NCBI GenBank assembly: GCA_951406725.2
Contig: OX597831.1
Coordinates: 51,894,001 to 51,958,000, forward strand
Source of the DNA: Octopus vulgaris
Taxonomy: Eukaryota
Length of the DNA: 64,000 bases
Direction of reading: 5' to 3'
A program made the position numbers and the translations under genes. The notes under the pieces are model-generated. The model ran no database searches. It was given only the letters and a program-made list of their open reading frames with translations, and was not told where the DNA came from. Below are positions 40,114 to 53,145 of this stretch, one piece after another (the first letter of the stretch is position 1; every line of letters begins with the position of its first letter).

Positions 40114-40235
40114 TATATACACGTTTATAGGACGGGCTTCTTTCAGTTTCCGTCTACCAAATCCACTCACAAGGCTTTGGTCGGCCCAAGGCTATAGTAG
40201 AAGACACTTGCCCAAGGTTCCACGCAGTGGGAATG

Positions 40236-40238
<3 letters not shown>
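39853..40238 (-). mobile_element. SINE family A, 5'-truncated
   Basis: Reverse-complement match. Confidence 0.88.
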
Positions 40239-40267
<29 letters not shown>

Positions 40268-40270
<3 letters not shown>

Positions 40271-40500
40271 AAGAATTCACAAAAAAAAGACGAAGATAGG
40301 TGGTTTAGACAACAAATAGATGTATTAGTTTAACGCTCGAGAAGTGAAAAGTCTTTAACGTTTCGAGCCTACGTTCTTCCACAGAATAGAACACAGAACG
40401 AAACAAGGAGAGAAAATAAAGGATGTTTAGTGGCTAGCGATCTATCATGACGAATATCGGACAGAGGGGTCACACAGGAGAGCTAGGAAGAAGGAGAGAA
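40268..40500 (-). mobile_element. pLTR or retrozyme-like element with a variant hammerhead at 40354-40387
   Basis: CUGUGGA A GAAC guag GCUC GAAACGUU aaa. Sibling of 936-1100 and abuts (TA)n. Confidence 0.6.
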
Positions 40501-40624
40501 GTCATACATATATATATAAAAAGTCAGGTTTGAGAGGTGAATATATTTATTCAATCACTTGTCATTCTCATGATTACGGCCGTCTCGTAGCCCTCATCTT
40601 GTAATAATAATTTAAGTGTATGTT

Positions 40625-40895
40625 TCCTTTACTGGTTTCAGCTCGAGAGCTACGGCCATGCTGGTGCACCACAGTCAGCTTTGCTGCACTTTCTCTACTT
40701 GAAAACTCTTCTGATATGTGGCATTTGGTGAACGCAGGAGTTTGATGTTGTTGCCCTCACCTGCATTTCTTGCCGCGATGTAGGTTCATCTGTAACTCTT
40801 GACAGGAGGAGATCCAGTTTTGTTTTGAAAATACCTACATCCACCCCACCCCATATAGGTTTCTTAGGTTTTGGGGGAGGATATTGAAGAGCTGC
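40625..40895 (-). mobile_element. 3' end of a CR1-clade LINE
   Basis: FKGPQLFNILPQNLRNL…FKTKLDLSLSRVTDEPT…SNS, then tail ggtgcaccagcatggccgtagctctcgagctgaaaccagtaaa. Confidence 0.75.
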
Positions 40896-42091
40896 GGTCC
40901 CTTAAATATACTTTTCACCAGCATAATCGCAATACACGCCATCGAAAACTTACGCCAAATTTGAACTCCTTCCATTACCACTCTCTTATCTAATATTCAC
41001 TTCCCTCTCTTTTGGCTCTGTGATTCTGGTTCTCTTATTGTGTGCGTGTTTTGCGTTCCTTTTCTCGTTGCCCGCTACCACACTTAGTACATGCACTCAT
41101 CCTGAAACTCCTCTTAACTCTCTTCCACTCTCTCTCCCTCCCCTCTCTTTGTCTCACCTCTACGATGTACAGCGTTACTGGAGAAAATCGAGCAAAATTT
41201 ATATAGGTTATCATTAAACAGAGATTAGCGTTAACATTTAATGTAGAGAGCTTTGAAAAGCTAAATTGATATAATTATGCAGTAAAGAACAAAATAAAAT
41301 TTATTTATCAAGGATGAGGACAGAGTAAGGTCGAAACATGGCTAGCTAGAGTTATCTCCCGTATATTTCAAACAATTGGAAATTGTATTAATCCATGTTT
41401 GAAATTGCTTTCTTACTTTACCGAATAATTATATATATTATTATATGTTTTGTTTTGTTTTTTTTTTTTGGTTTTCTTGTGCTGCTTGTATTTAATGAGT
41501 TATTGTCTTATGTGCGGGTGATTTGATTTCTAAAAATAAATTTATCTTGATTAAGCTGAAAGTGAATGGCCTTTTAGTACGATCATATCAAATATCTGCA
41601 GTTACCATGTGGCAAGAATAAGAAATACAGACGGAGTCGAACTGAAATAACGAATGCAGTATCATACTCTTGTATAAATAACTGTATCCTGATGGCTATG
41701 ATCAACAAATATATCAGTTATCCAACGATGTATATTTATAAAAAGAAATGTTAAGAGTGATTTAATTTACCACAAGAATGTAATCGGATTAAATTTACCA
41801 GAAATAACCAGCCGCACCCATTTCAAGAGAGAGAAAACGAGAGTAGGTAGGGCCAGCTGAAGGAAATGATGGAACTTCTAGGCGGTCACACGGCCTGCTT
41901 GAAATAGCAGTCGAATACCCCCTCACTCACATCTGCCGTCTTAAAATGCAACGATAGATTTGATCAGCGGTTCTTAAACGGGACACCACGTTTCGTTCGT
42001 TCACACGTTACGCTTTAGGTTGTAAACGACCGTGCGAAGGAGAGATGATGAGAATGGCTCCTTTAGTACATCGCACGGTCGATACAATAAA

Positions 42092-42946
42092 TGTGAAAAG
42101 GATGAATGAGTATAAGTGCCAAAAGGAAAAGAGAGACACAACCGGGTAGAATGTTTAAGAGAAGATTTTATTTATATGTTAACATGTGTGTATATGCGTC
42201 ATATATACATAATAATAGACAGGCCATCATGTATACAAAGTGTATGTGTGTGCATTAAGTACAGAGCATTGAAAGAGTCTATAATATGACGTTAGAAGAA
42301 TGTTCAGACACAAGGATGATAAATACCAGTTCGTAGTCAAGGTACACGATAGTTGAAGTGCTGTAAGAAGTTGAGGCTGCAATGCAGAGCCAGTTGAGGC
42401 ACGTGTCGTGCGTGAAGTTGTGGCTACTATGCAGAGCCGGTTACTTGGTACAGAAGATTCTCGGAAGTTGTGTTTGCTGTTAACCATGGTGAAGCAATTC
42501 ACGAACAGTGTTGAGATAGAACCTGTGCGAGTGTTGCTGGTTGTTGTGTACGTAGAGAGATGTTGTTGACTACGTTAAGAAGATGGAGGCAACGAAGAAA
42601 GAGATTGCTGTATGCTGTTGGCAGAGTATTGATGCGTCTCCATGTGGCTGTTGTTGTGCTGTCGCTGGAACTGGCTGTGTGCTCTGTGGTCAGTGACTAG
42701 ACCTCAAAAGGTCTGGAATCGAAAGACACAAGACGGTGTGGAGCTAGCGTTTTATACTATGCTATCGGCTGACCGGAAGTTTGGAAGAGATTGTCTCACG
42801 TGACCTTATCAGAAGGCTGCGATTGGTTGGGTTGCATATTGGCGCGCAATAGAGCAAGAAACAAATTGCGCCAATACCAACCAGTCAGAGTAGTGGACAC
42901 AACAGGGTCCAAAAGGGCGGCCGAAGGCTAGCTGTTATCTACTACG
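42092..42946 (-). mobile_element. Possible solo LTR
   Basis: CpG-rich block with a minus-strand CCAAT (42822-26), TATAAAA (~42750-56) and AATAAA (~42165-70) in U3-R-U5 order. Ends are imperfect and there is no TSD. Confidence 0.35.
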
Positions 42947-43798
42947 TCCGTATTTATGTATATATAACAGAGCGAGAGAGGAATTGCCCTAAGCGTACGC
43001 TACAAGCTTCTTAGAGAGAGAGGCAGATGGAGTGAGAGGTGGAGTGAGAGTGACTGAGATGGAGGATGATAAGAGAGAGATGGAGAAGGGGTGTGAGAGT
43101 GAGAGTTAAAGAGTGGGATGGGGATGAGTGAGATAGCAAATAGCCACTTCCACTCACTACGTTGTGAGTGACATGGCTGATAGCGACTCCCACTTACCAC
43201 ATTATCACGTGGTTAATAGAAGTCAGATGTAAACAGAAAGAGAGAAATGTTAACAACATGAAGAGGGGGATTACATAGTTAGAAAGTTTGTTGAAGTAAG
43301 AGGTAAAGAGAAAAAGAGAATGTAGGAGGGAGAGAGAAAGAGAGAGAGAGATAAAGTACTTAGAAGAGGGAAATTTTAAAATCATATATTATTGTGACCG
43401 GAAGTGATATAACTTCGCAAAATAAGTAGATGTTATTTTGTTTAAATTCGCAATGGAATTGAAACTAATCAAGTAAATAAAAACATTGTGTATATTCTCT
43501 ATGTCAGTTTATGTACATTAGTTGCATATAATGGTAAAGTAATTATAATAAAATATTGCGTGAAAAGGAATATGCAATTATACATTGGTCTTAGTTTCAA
43601 TAAAATTAATTACTAAGAAATGATAGGTGTATTAAATATTGTAAAGATTGTTATTGGATATTTTTCTGTCATTTATTGCATAGGAAACAATAAGATTTAT
43701 ATGCAATAAAAATGCAAATCATCCTTTCTTTCTTGATTAGCTCCTCTTAACTTTTTTCGTTCCGTGGAATTTTCTCGGATCCCGTTAGTATATATATG

Positions 43799-44300
43799 TT
43801 GGGTCACCCCATAAATAATGCAGTTCTTTTTTTACTTCTTTTATTTTTCAAAGTTAAGACAAAGTTCATTTTTAATGTAAAATATACTCTCCTTCATTTC
43901 CTATAACGCTCTTCCATCTATCTGGTAGACTTGCAAGGTCCCTCTTCCAAAATTCACTTGCCCGTGATGAAAAATAATCCTCCAGCACTGTTCTGGCCTT
44001 ATCTACAGAATTCATATTTTTTCCTATCCAAATCATTTTGAAGGCAGCAGAATAAATGATAATTAGATGGAGCAATGCCCGGCGAATATGGTGGATGGAG
44101 TATCGTTTCCCATTCAAACTGCTCCAACCTTTCGAATGTCACCCTCACTGTATGTGGCCGAGCATTATACTGTTGGAAGAACACCTTTCGTCTTGAAACC
44201 AAAGATGGTCGTTTTTCTTCTAGCACTGACTTAAGTTGCCCAAGCTGCTCGCAGTAGATCTTTGTCATCATTTGGTTTGGGGTTAAAAGTTCAAAGTGGA
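43799..44300 (-). mobile_element. Mariner 3' fragment, same family as 56189-57432
   Basis: TIR TTGGGTCACCCCATAAATAATG and peptide FQQYNARPH…HPPYSPGIAPSNYHLF. Confidence 0.9.
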
Positions 44301-47300
44301 AAAGTGCGCATCGAAGCATGCTAGAGTACGTTTCCGAGGTCTGTTCGAACAAAATGTCTGAGGATATATACAACAACTAGTTAAGCTTTTATTCTTGTGG
44401 GATGATATTATCGAGTATATCCTTTTAAAAATATGTGGCTTTGTTTTCTTGCCTAAGTTTAAAGTTAGTATTATATTTTGATTATAAGAATGGAATGTTT
44501 AGTAGTCATATCTAAGATATTTTATATTTTATATAAAAGCATTGAAGCTGAAGCAGTGATTCGAAGCCGAACCATTAGGTAACTGGTCAGACATCATGAA
44601 CGAAGCACAATAGTTTCACACGATCGGTCTATCAAACAACCGGTCAGCATCAACTCATCACGTGATTCAATCTTCTTGTACTCTACGCTTTTTGGCGCCT
44701 ACACACTTTGCAGAACTTTGAGACCGGCCGTCAAATTCACACGTCTCACCTCTTGCTAGGCAGAATGTTGAGGCAGCTGAGCGATATGTATCTCCATTCT
44801 TGTAACATCAGACGATCCAGAATGACGGCTAAGACAGATGGTGCAGATAGATGACCAAGAACCTCCGTCACCTCGAAGATAGCACATTGTTTTCAGATGT
44901 GTTAGGCAAGCCGCATGTTATTGTACCAACATCTAACGGCAAACTTAGAGCGGTATCTCTCTCCCAGTATTTAATTATTACTGTTGCTAATTGTAAAAAG
45001 CCAACGCAGTTTGTCTTTATGTGCGATAATAAATTCTTCTGTTAAATGTCCGCGGGTGTTCAGTTACTTCTTCACATATTTTCATTCACCAACTCAACAA
45101 TAACACGTCTTAAACACCCACAACAAAACTATAGGAAAACTACATCAAAGATACACTTCAAATCTTTAATATAACCAGAGAAATGTATTGGGCTAGGACT
45201 GATGTTTGCAATATCACGTTTACTTTGACTTAAACGTGATGGAGAAGAAGAAAATATATTTACCAAGTTTAAGAGAGGAATTTGAAGAGATCATTCATCA
45301 GTGTTGGTCGATCAAGATTCATGTAAACTAATTTTGGAAAAGTTTCCAGCAAAACTCTCACTTCGAATAGATAAATTGAAGGAATACGAAGAATATTACG
45401 GCGAGTGTAGGAAGTTTTCTCTCTCTCTCTCTCTCTCATGTAGCAAAACTAAGTCACTCACTTAAGCATCCGATATTAGTAAGCTTATCATTTTCAAAAC
45501 TATTGTCTCATTGAAATGAGGAGATTGATTTTTGAAGTTTATACAACAGGCAAGGCTGTGTAGATGAAAAATTCGCTGCAGTTCTGGGATCAAACCCAAG
45601 TATTTTCTTTCATAGTTTCGGGTCAACCTACCTTTGTGTGAAAATGGCTCCAGGAAAATGCCGTTGAATGCTCTGTACCTATTATTGAGTGGTAGTCTTA
45701 TTCTATCGTTCAATTCAACACCATCACCACCAGGCTGTCTTTGGCTGATTTTAGAGTTGCTGCAAACATTCTGGCCAGGTCTTCGATTATGGATTAACCC
45801 ATGAATCACGACTCCTTCCCCTACTTCTCCACTCTACCCTAGTTTTGGACATCCTGCAAGAAGTTACTAGAAGAGGAAGGGCAGTACTTGACTAGACCGC
45901 GAATAAAGTTCTAAAGAGAAAGAATGATCCCAAACAGCGGCAAGTCTCTTCGCCGACCAAACCTGCCCGGCCGTGTTCTTAAAAGGAATTCGAAAGGACC
46001 AAGAAAAATAAGCTCTCTTCATTATCTTAGTATGAAATGGCATCTGTCATATGATTGCAGTGAACAAGTGCAGACGTTGCACTTTCTTTCTGCCTTATGA
46101 TGACCATAGAATGATGATGAGAGGTAAAGTTAACCTCGGCGAAATTTAAAGCCTGAGTGAAGAGAATCTCTAACCAATACCGAAACCTCTATGACGACCT
46201 GGAAAATTGGCCACCATATCAACATGAAGTTCAGGAGTCACAGCAGTGCCATTACTTCCACAGAAAATGACTTCTGAGGGAGCCTGTTGGAAAAATCTTT
46301 GACAACTTCATGCAGCAAACGACTAAGTCTTAGAAACAGCAGAAACTGAGCCAAACCTAAATCAATACCACCAGTACCAGGCCAACCCAAAGTTCAGACA
46401 TCATAGCAGTGCCATTACTTCCACAGTAACCATCATCATTACCACTACTGCAGCAGCCAACCATACCCGTTCATGGCCTAGTGGTTAGGATATTAACTGT
46501 TTTTATAAAACAAACCCATCGGTCAGACTTTTGCTGACGTGACAAACTACTGGCTACAGCTTTTTGTGTTTGGAAACCAAGAAGTTCGAAGTTCAAATCT
46601 CAGTATAGAACTACTATAACACCAACACCAAACTAAAATGCATAATTCTAAATAAATGCCTGCACCCAGTACTGAAACCAAACAATCTAGTTGCTAAATG
46701 GTTACACTCTCGATTTCCAATTTGTGTACTTTTTCTGATACATTTAATTTTCCTTTGTGACCATTATTCGTCTAATAGCACTCACTCGCTCAATAAATAT
46801 AGAATTCTAGCAAGCACTTTGTTAGAATCTATGAAGACATCAAGTATTATATGTTGACTTAACTAGACCGCGTGAAAGTCCTTCATTTATCATAACTTTG
46901 TATGACTGAACTGGAATACACACCCAGTGTGTATTGGGGGAAAAAAAAATCATTGAAAAATTTACTGTAGGTTCGAACACGTAATTGTATAACTTATTAT
47001 TTGCTTTGCATTACTTTTCCGTCGATATATTTGTACATTTAGTATCAATAATCTATATAAAACACACAATTACAGATATATAGAGGTAAGTGATTTTTTA
47101 AAATTCCTGTTCATCGAATGAACTAGGATAATACAAGCCGTTGAAATCTAATGAAGAGATTTACTATCGGAAATATTAAAATTCTTAACATGTACAGTAA
47201 GTCTCCGACAACGTTTTTTTTTCTCAAAACCTGTGAAAGAAAACCACTCAAAGTTTTTATTTGATTCATTTGATGTAAGGAAATTAAAACCACTTCACTT

Positions 47301-47914
47301 CTTCAGCTTTCTAGTTATTCAAAAAAAGCGCCCAAAAAATTACGAAAGGACACCAGAATCAACAGAATTTGGCTGATGCAGGATTAAACCTATAATTTTG
47401 AGTTACGTCTGCAGAAAATCAGGAAAAATACTTTTTTTTTTTCTTTTTGAACAGCAAACAGACTCCTTGCTTTTTGTTTCATAGACTTATTTTGTGGGAA
47501 AAGAAGGAAGGAGGTAAAAACAATTGTTCCTAATTCAGGTACAAGGTCAGTAAATTTTGAGGGGAGGTGATTAATCGATACTATCAACCCCCATACTTGA
47601 CCAGTAATTTTATCAGCACCAGAAGGACAAAAGGCAAAGTTGACCATAGTGGGATTTGAACTCAAGACTACAAAGGGCTGGAGTAAATACTACAAAGCAA
47701 TGTTTCCAGTACCAACTCCAACGACAATAATAAATTCTGCCAACAGCTGAGCTCGATGAAATAAGGAATATGAGACTAAAATCCCATATAAAAAATGTGT
47801 GGTAAGAAGCTTGCTTCCCAAAGTCAAGCCAGTCCTGGTTGAACATATGCCTCTGGTTAAAGGTATTGCAGTCAACCATGACCAGCCTGTATTTCTTTAA
47901 GTGCAGGGGTGTAT

Positions 47915-48310
47915 AGGTGCAGACATAGCTGTGTGGTTAAGAAGCTTGCTTCCCAAGCATATGACTTTGAGTTCAGTCCCACTTTGTGGCACCTTGGACA
48001 AATGTCTTATTATATTTGTTAGATTTGGCAGGCAGAAACTGAAAGAAGCTTGTTGTGTAAAAGCATATGCATGTGTTCATTTTTAATGTGTAACCTTGTC
48101 TTGACATCATGTGATGATTGTAACTGAGGAACCTACACCATACGAGTGATGTTGCTTATTTCCAGTCTTCAGTGAAAAACACATCTGACATGGGGAAAAT
48201 ATTGCCTTACTTGGGAACAGGAAAGGTATCTGGCCATAGGAAACCTACCTCAATACAATCCATCTGACTGACCCATGCAAGCATGGATAAGTGGACGTTA
48301 AACAATGGTA
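47915..48310 (+). mobile_element. Diverged SINE with a family-A-like head and a family-D-like tail
   Basis: gctgtgtggttaagaagcttgc…ggcaccttggacaaatgtctt…acccatgcaagcatggataagtggacgttaaac. Confidence 0.65.
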
Positions 48311-48457
48311 GTGTATCTAAGATCTGAGATATTTTACCCAATATGTCTTTCCTTCTATGTTTTTCTAAGGCAGTAGTGAGATTTGGCTGGAGTATTATTT
48401 CTACCAAACTGAATAAGACTGCTGAGGGATCGATCCCTTGTTGGTTGGCAATGAAAT

Positions 48458-48680
48458 CATCATCATCATCATCATCGTTTAACGTCCGCTTTCCATGCTA
48501 GCATGGGTTGGACGGTTCAACTGGGGTCTGGCAAGCCCGAAGGCTACACCAGGCCAGTCAGATCTGGCAGTGTATGCCCTTCCTAACGCCAACCACTCCG
48601 AGAGTGTAGTGGGTGATTTTATGTGCCACCGACACAGGTGCCAGACGAGGCTGGCAGACGGCCACGCTCGGATGGTTGTC
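48458..48680 (-). mobile_element. Family D retroposon with (GAT)n tail (others at 58470-58790 -, 60285-60395 -, 60815-60956 +, 61838-62252 +, 63052-63230 -, 63418-63730 -)
   Basis: Shared ggttggcgttaggaagggcat…cccatgctagcatggaaagcggacgttaaacgatgatgatg. Confidence 0.8.
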
Positions 48681-48811
48681 ATATATGATGAGAGATTAAT
48701 TGATTAATGGGGGATGGTAAAAAAAGAGATTGCGAAAAAAGAGAGAGAGAAGAAAAAAAAAAAAAGACAACTATAAATGTTGTAGAAAAATGATAAGTTA
48801 TTTCTTCAGTC

Positions 48812-48817
48812 TTTATT
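48812..48817 (-). promoter_or_regulatory. Candidate proximal polyadenylation signal of CUL4 (a distal candidate lies at 47256-47261)
   Basis: tttatt on + is AATAAA on -, about 660 nt after the stop. Confidence 0.4.
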
Positions 48818-49478
48818 AAACCATTCCGTCTAAACAATTCAGAACGACCAACTTCACAGTGGCACTCAGAAGTCTGAGAACAGCACAAAGATAAAAAAAA
48901 AAAAAAGTAAGAAAAGAAAGACAGAAAGAAAGAAATAAAACAGAACAGGGTACGTTTTTTTCCCCCCATGTGGATGAGCAGGTATTACTTTTTGCCTAAT
49001 GCAAAACACTTGCTGGAATTCAATCTGCTTAGCTCCCACAATCTGCCAACACAGTAGTAGTAGTAGTAGTAAATGTTGCCATAGTGGTAGAAATGAGAGT
49101 ATTATTAAGTATAGTAGTAGTAAGAGGAGGAGGAGTAGTAGTAGTAGTAGTAGTAGATTACATGTCATAATTGTCCAACTGTTGGCAATGTCAATAAAGA
49201 TGTTCGATAGACATGCTAGCAAGGATCACAACCATAGGTTGATCATCATCATCATCGTTATCATCATCAACACTACATTCCTTACTCCGCAAACATCCGC
49301 CATCAACCAACAGAAAGCAGTGGTAAGTGTGGAGACAACGTTTAAGGTACCAGTCCTACAACTTGGAAACAAAAATCAGAAGTTTTTTTTTGTTTGGGTT
49401 TTTTTTTTTTTTTATCAATGATAAAACAATAATAATTATTATTATTATTTTCCATATTGATCTTTAGGGCGCCAATAT

Positions 49479-49574
49479 TTAAGCAACATAATGGTAAGTG
49501 TTAGGGTTGTCTTTGTCCCGTTCCATATAATCTCGATCTATCAGACTTTCAATCCTTTTCTTTAGGTCAGCCGG
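49479..49574 (-). CDS. CUL4: Cullin-4 terminal exon ([31 protein letters not shown])
   Basis: Canonical cullin C-terminus, ttgcag| acceptor, TAA stop. Confidence 0.96.
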   Translation of the reverse strand, partial: PADLKKRIESLIDRDYMERDKDNPNTYHYVA

Positions 49575-50099
49575 CTGCAACAAAAAGAATACAAGTCTTA
49601 GAGAATGGAAAGCAATTTCAAGGCAAAATATATTGTCTGAGGAGAGGGACTGTGGTTATGTTAATCATGTTCAATTAATAAATTCTAATACCCCTGCCTC
49701 TCTTCCTCTCTCATAGTATTTGTATGTGTATATTTGAACATCTCATCAAAGACATAACAGCCAGTCACAATAATTTTGTATTTCATTAGAAGCAGACGTG
49801 TGTATGTGGTACTGTGCCTCCAGCACCAAAAACATAGTTACCAAAACAGGCTCAATGTCCAGTCAGCCATGCCAAATTACCAGCAACCAAACAGCCACAC
49901 CCTCTCGTCTCATTCTATAGAAATGTAGAACATTAGGTATAGTGGTGTTGAGTGGTAAGCATAGTGGCATGGAGTACAAAAAGATAATTCGGCCTTCCTA
50001 TGAGAGTGGCAATATCCAACTGGATTGGTTATGATAAACAGGGTAAAATGCTTTTGTGTAGTTTTATTCATGTTTGACATTTTGACTCCCTGGTATCTT

Positions 50100-50478
50100 A
50101 TTTTGTACTTGTTTCAGTTATTAGACTGCAACCATGCTAAGGCATCGCTTTGAAGAATCTGTTGTCAAATGAATCAACCACAGTATTTGTTTTTAAGCCT
50201 GGTACTTATTCTATCAGTCTCTTTTGTTGAACTGCTAAGTTACATGAATGTAGACACACTAACATCAGTTGTCAAGTAGCGATGGGAAACAGACGCGCAT
50301 GTGTGTGTATGCACACACACACAAACGGGCTTCTTTCAGTTTCCGTCTACCAAATCCACTTTGGTTAGCCTGAGGCTAAAGTAGAAGACACTTGCTTAAG
50401 GTGTCATGCAGTGGGACTGAACCTGGAACCATGCAGCTGGGAAGCAAGCTTCTTACCACACAGCAACGCCCACACCTA
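50100..50478 (-). mobile_element. SINE family A, CpG-decayed copy in the last CUL4 intron
   Basis: Colinear with family A, with many CG>TG/CA changes. Confidence 0.85.
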
Positions 50479-50738
50479 TATCAAAACAAATCTATTTAAA
50501 GACAAGTTAACAAGGAAGTCTCTTTGTACTTAATCAAATTGATAAATTAGCACCCAAATCTCTCTCACACTCTAGAATCTTAAAAACAGGATACATGGAA
50601 CAATGTAGCCCTAGACATATCTTGAACATTTCGATCACTGGTCCACTCAGTCATAAGCAGCAAACGACTGCCCAAAAAATTTCTGATTCACTGAGATCAA
50701 ACAACAAAAAACCATGACAATGATTTAGAGATACGTAC

Positions 50739-50891
50739 TTTGACTGGAAATTTCAGCTGGTTATACAATTCTGAGATGAGTAAATTATGACTGAGCGTCT
50801 TGCGGGTTTTCATGATCCGTACAATAGCAGCATCGACTTGGTACTGTCTGTCTTGGAACACTCCTTCTGTAGTGCTAGTATTTTCTTCTTG
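50739..50891 (-). CDS. CUL4: Cullin-4 exon with neddylation site ([51 protein letters not shown])
   Basis: IVRIMK Nedd8-acceptor lysine motif, ttacag| and |gtacgt, 153 nt. Confidence 0.96.
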
Positions 50892-51193
50892 CTGTAAAAC
50901 AAAACAGAGACTCTGGCTTTTATACAACTGTTTTTGTAACTAAGTCCTTAAGCCAAAGAGGGATCTTCTATTTGGTGGTCAACCTGCTAGAAACAGCAGC
51001 CACTCTCAGATCACAACCTAATCTACAAGAAGGAACATACTGATTGAATAATATAGTCTTTAATATACAAGATGGTCACAACTGGAACATTTCTGAACAT
51101 AGGTCTGATGATTGAGAGCATACCTGGAATGATCTGACAACAGGCAGAACATGGTTGTAACAAAAAATAAACCAAAAGGTGAATAGTTGAACA

Positions 51194-51575
51194 TGGAAGC
51201 ACTCCGTCGGTTACGACGACGAGGGTTCCGGTTGATCCGAATCAACGGAACAGCCTGCTCGTGAAATTAACGTGTAAGTGGCTGAGCACTCCACAGACAC
51301 GTGTACCCTTAACGTAGTTCTCAGGGATATTCAGCGTGACACAGAGAGTGACAAGGCCGGCCCTTTGAAATACAGGTACAACAGAAAAAGGAAGTAAGAG
51401 TGAGAGAAAGTTGTGGTGAAAGAGTACAGCAGGGATCACCACCATCCCCTGCCGGAGCCTCGTGGAGCTTTAGTGTTTTCGCTCAGTAAACACTCACAAC
51501 GCCCGGTCTGGGAATCGAAACCGCGATCCTATGACCGCGAGTCCACTGCCCTAACCACTGGGCCATTGCGCCTCC
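51194..51575 (-). mobile_element. SINE family C, full length and young, in a CUL4 intron
   Basis: 9-bp TSD agttgaaca. Confidence 0.92.
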
Positions 51576-51767
51576 AGTTGAACAGAGGTCCAATCAACAA
51601 GAACAAAGGACATATTGGATAATAGAAACCTAAATATTTTATGTCTGAAAAAGGGAAATGGCATGGTGGTTAGAGCTAAAGTGTTTTTGACCAAAGACAT
51701 ATTCAATCAGGGATGATCAGGAGCTAAAACAATAGAAGCAGAATGAGAAAAAAAAATCTTTACTTAC

Positions 51768-51866
51768 CGTCTCTTTCATTTGAATCTGGTTAATTTTGAT
51801 TCGGAATAGTTTGTGTTTAAAATCATCATTAAAAACAAATTTGTCACCATCTTCCACATCCCTGCC
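51768..51866 (-). CDS. CUL4: Cullin-4 exon ([33 protein letters not shown])
   Basis: [18 protein letters not shown] as in CUL4, AG/GT boundaries, 99 nt. Confidence 0.95.
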
Positions 51867-53071
51867 CTACAATTTAACAACAAACACAAACACGCATGTA
51901 AACATTAGTCTGACAAATAATACAATATGAAAGCCAGTCTTCAAGACTGTACTATTCAGTAATCATAAAAATAGAGACATCAAGATGTGCAAGCCGCAAT
52001 CACCACCCCATATATAACACATATAAAAGATAAAAATGACAAAACAAATAGAAATAATCAGGAACAGTAAAAATTAACAGTTATGTTCCTTTAACCAAAA
52101 AACTGCGGCCTATTGAAAGTAGCTTTTTTTTTGCAGGAGAAATGAATGTCAATTTTATACAAACAGCAATGAATTGTATGCTCCTGTAAAAATGACAACA
52201 AAATCTAAATCACACCTTGCCACCTTTGTAAAGAGAGGAAAAATGGAATATTGGATATGCTTGAATCAAGATAGGGATAGTCATGGTTTGTACATAGGCC
52301 TGAATACCAGGCTAAACCTGGAAGTGGATTGGCAGACTCGTTAGAGCATCAGCCAGAAAGTTTCACTGTTCTCCAGGTTCAAATCTTATTGAGGTCAACT
52401 TTGCATTTCATCCTGTTTGCAAGTTCACAGGACTGAAAGATCACCTGACTAGATGGCTTGGGGTATTTGTTCCTTGTTCTTTATGCCCTGGGTTCAAATC
52501 ATGCCACTGGCTGTTGGGATGATATGCTTAAACTGTTGCCCTGTTTGATATCATTACCTTGACCCTTTTAGTGCCTTTAGCAGAGTCCACTTAGTTTCTG
52601 GTTTGAAGATAACTTCCTATGTATCAGTCTTGGAGGCCCTGTAACAGGTCATGGGCATATCACCCTTTCTGGTTAGAATCAGAATTTAAAAACAAAACAA
52701 AAACCCCAGCAATATTTACTTATACCAACCTGTGTTGAGTGTTTTGGCCACTGATATAATAGCACAACAGTGCAAAGGGCAACACAATTCAAACTGCCCT
52801 CTTAACATTGTCACCTTCAGTTAAACCTACTATTCTACTGACTTTGCCTAGTCTTGCCTTTCACACATACACACAAAAGGTAAAATAAGGTGAGAAACTA
52901 AATGCAGACATCCCCTCTATATTACATATAACTGTGACATGGAATTCTGTAATGTAATACAAAATCTATATTTCCTCTGACTTTCATATTACATGGAAGA
53001 ATTTATCTTATGCTATTTGGTTGTAACAGAGAAATTATACCAGAATCAAGTAAAACACAATGAATGCTTAC

Positions 53072-53145
53072 CTTAGGAACTTTGAGTAACACTCTGGCTT
53101 TTCCACAAGCTAAGGATTGCAATGTTCGACGAAGCTCACTGTCTT
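53072..53145 (-). CDS. CUL4: Cullin-4 exon ([24 protein letters not shown])
   Basis: [17 protein letters not shown] motif, tgcag| and |gtaagc, 74 nt. Confidence 0.95.

Noticed and set aside
42773-43405. CCGGAAGT (ETS) and CCAAT motifs as a host promoter
   Set aside because: The region lies between two convergent 3' ends with no first exon identified, so it is more likely repeat-derived.
44900-44965. IVPTSNGKLRAVS as an RNA-virus RdRp motif F
   Set aside because: No motif A, motif B or GDD found downstream in the plus frames I read.
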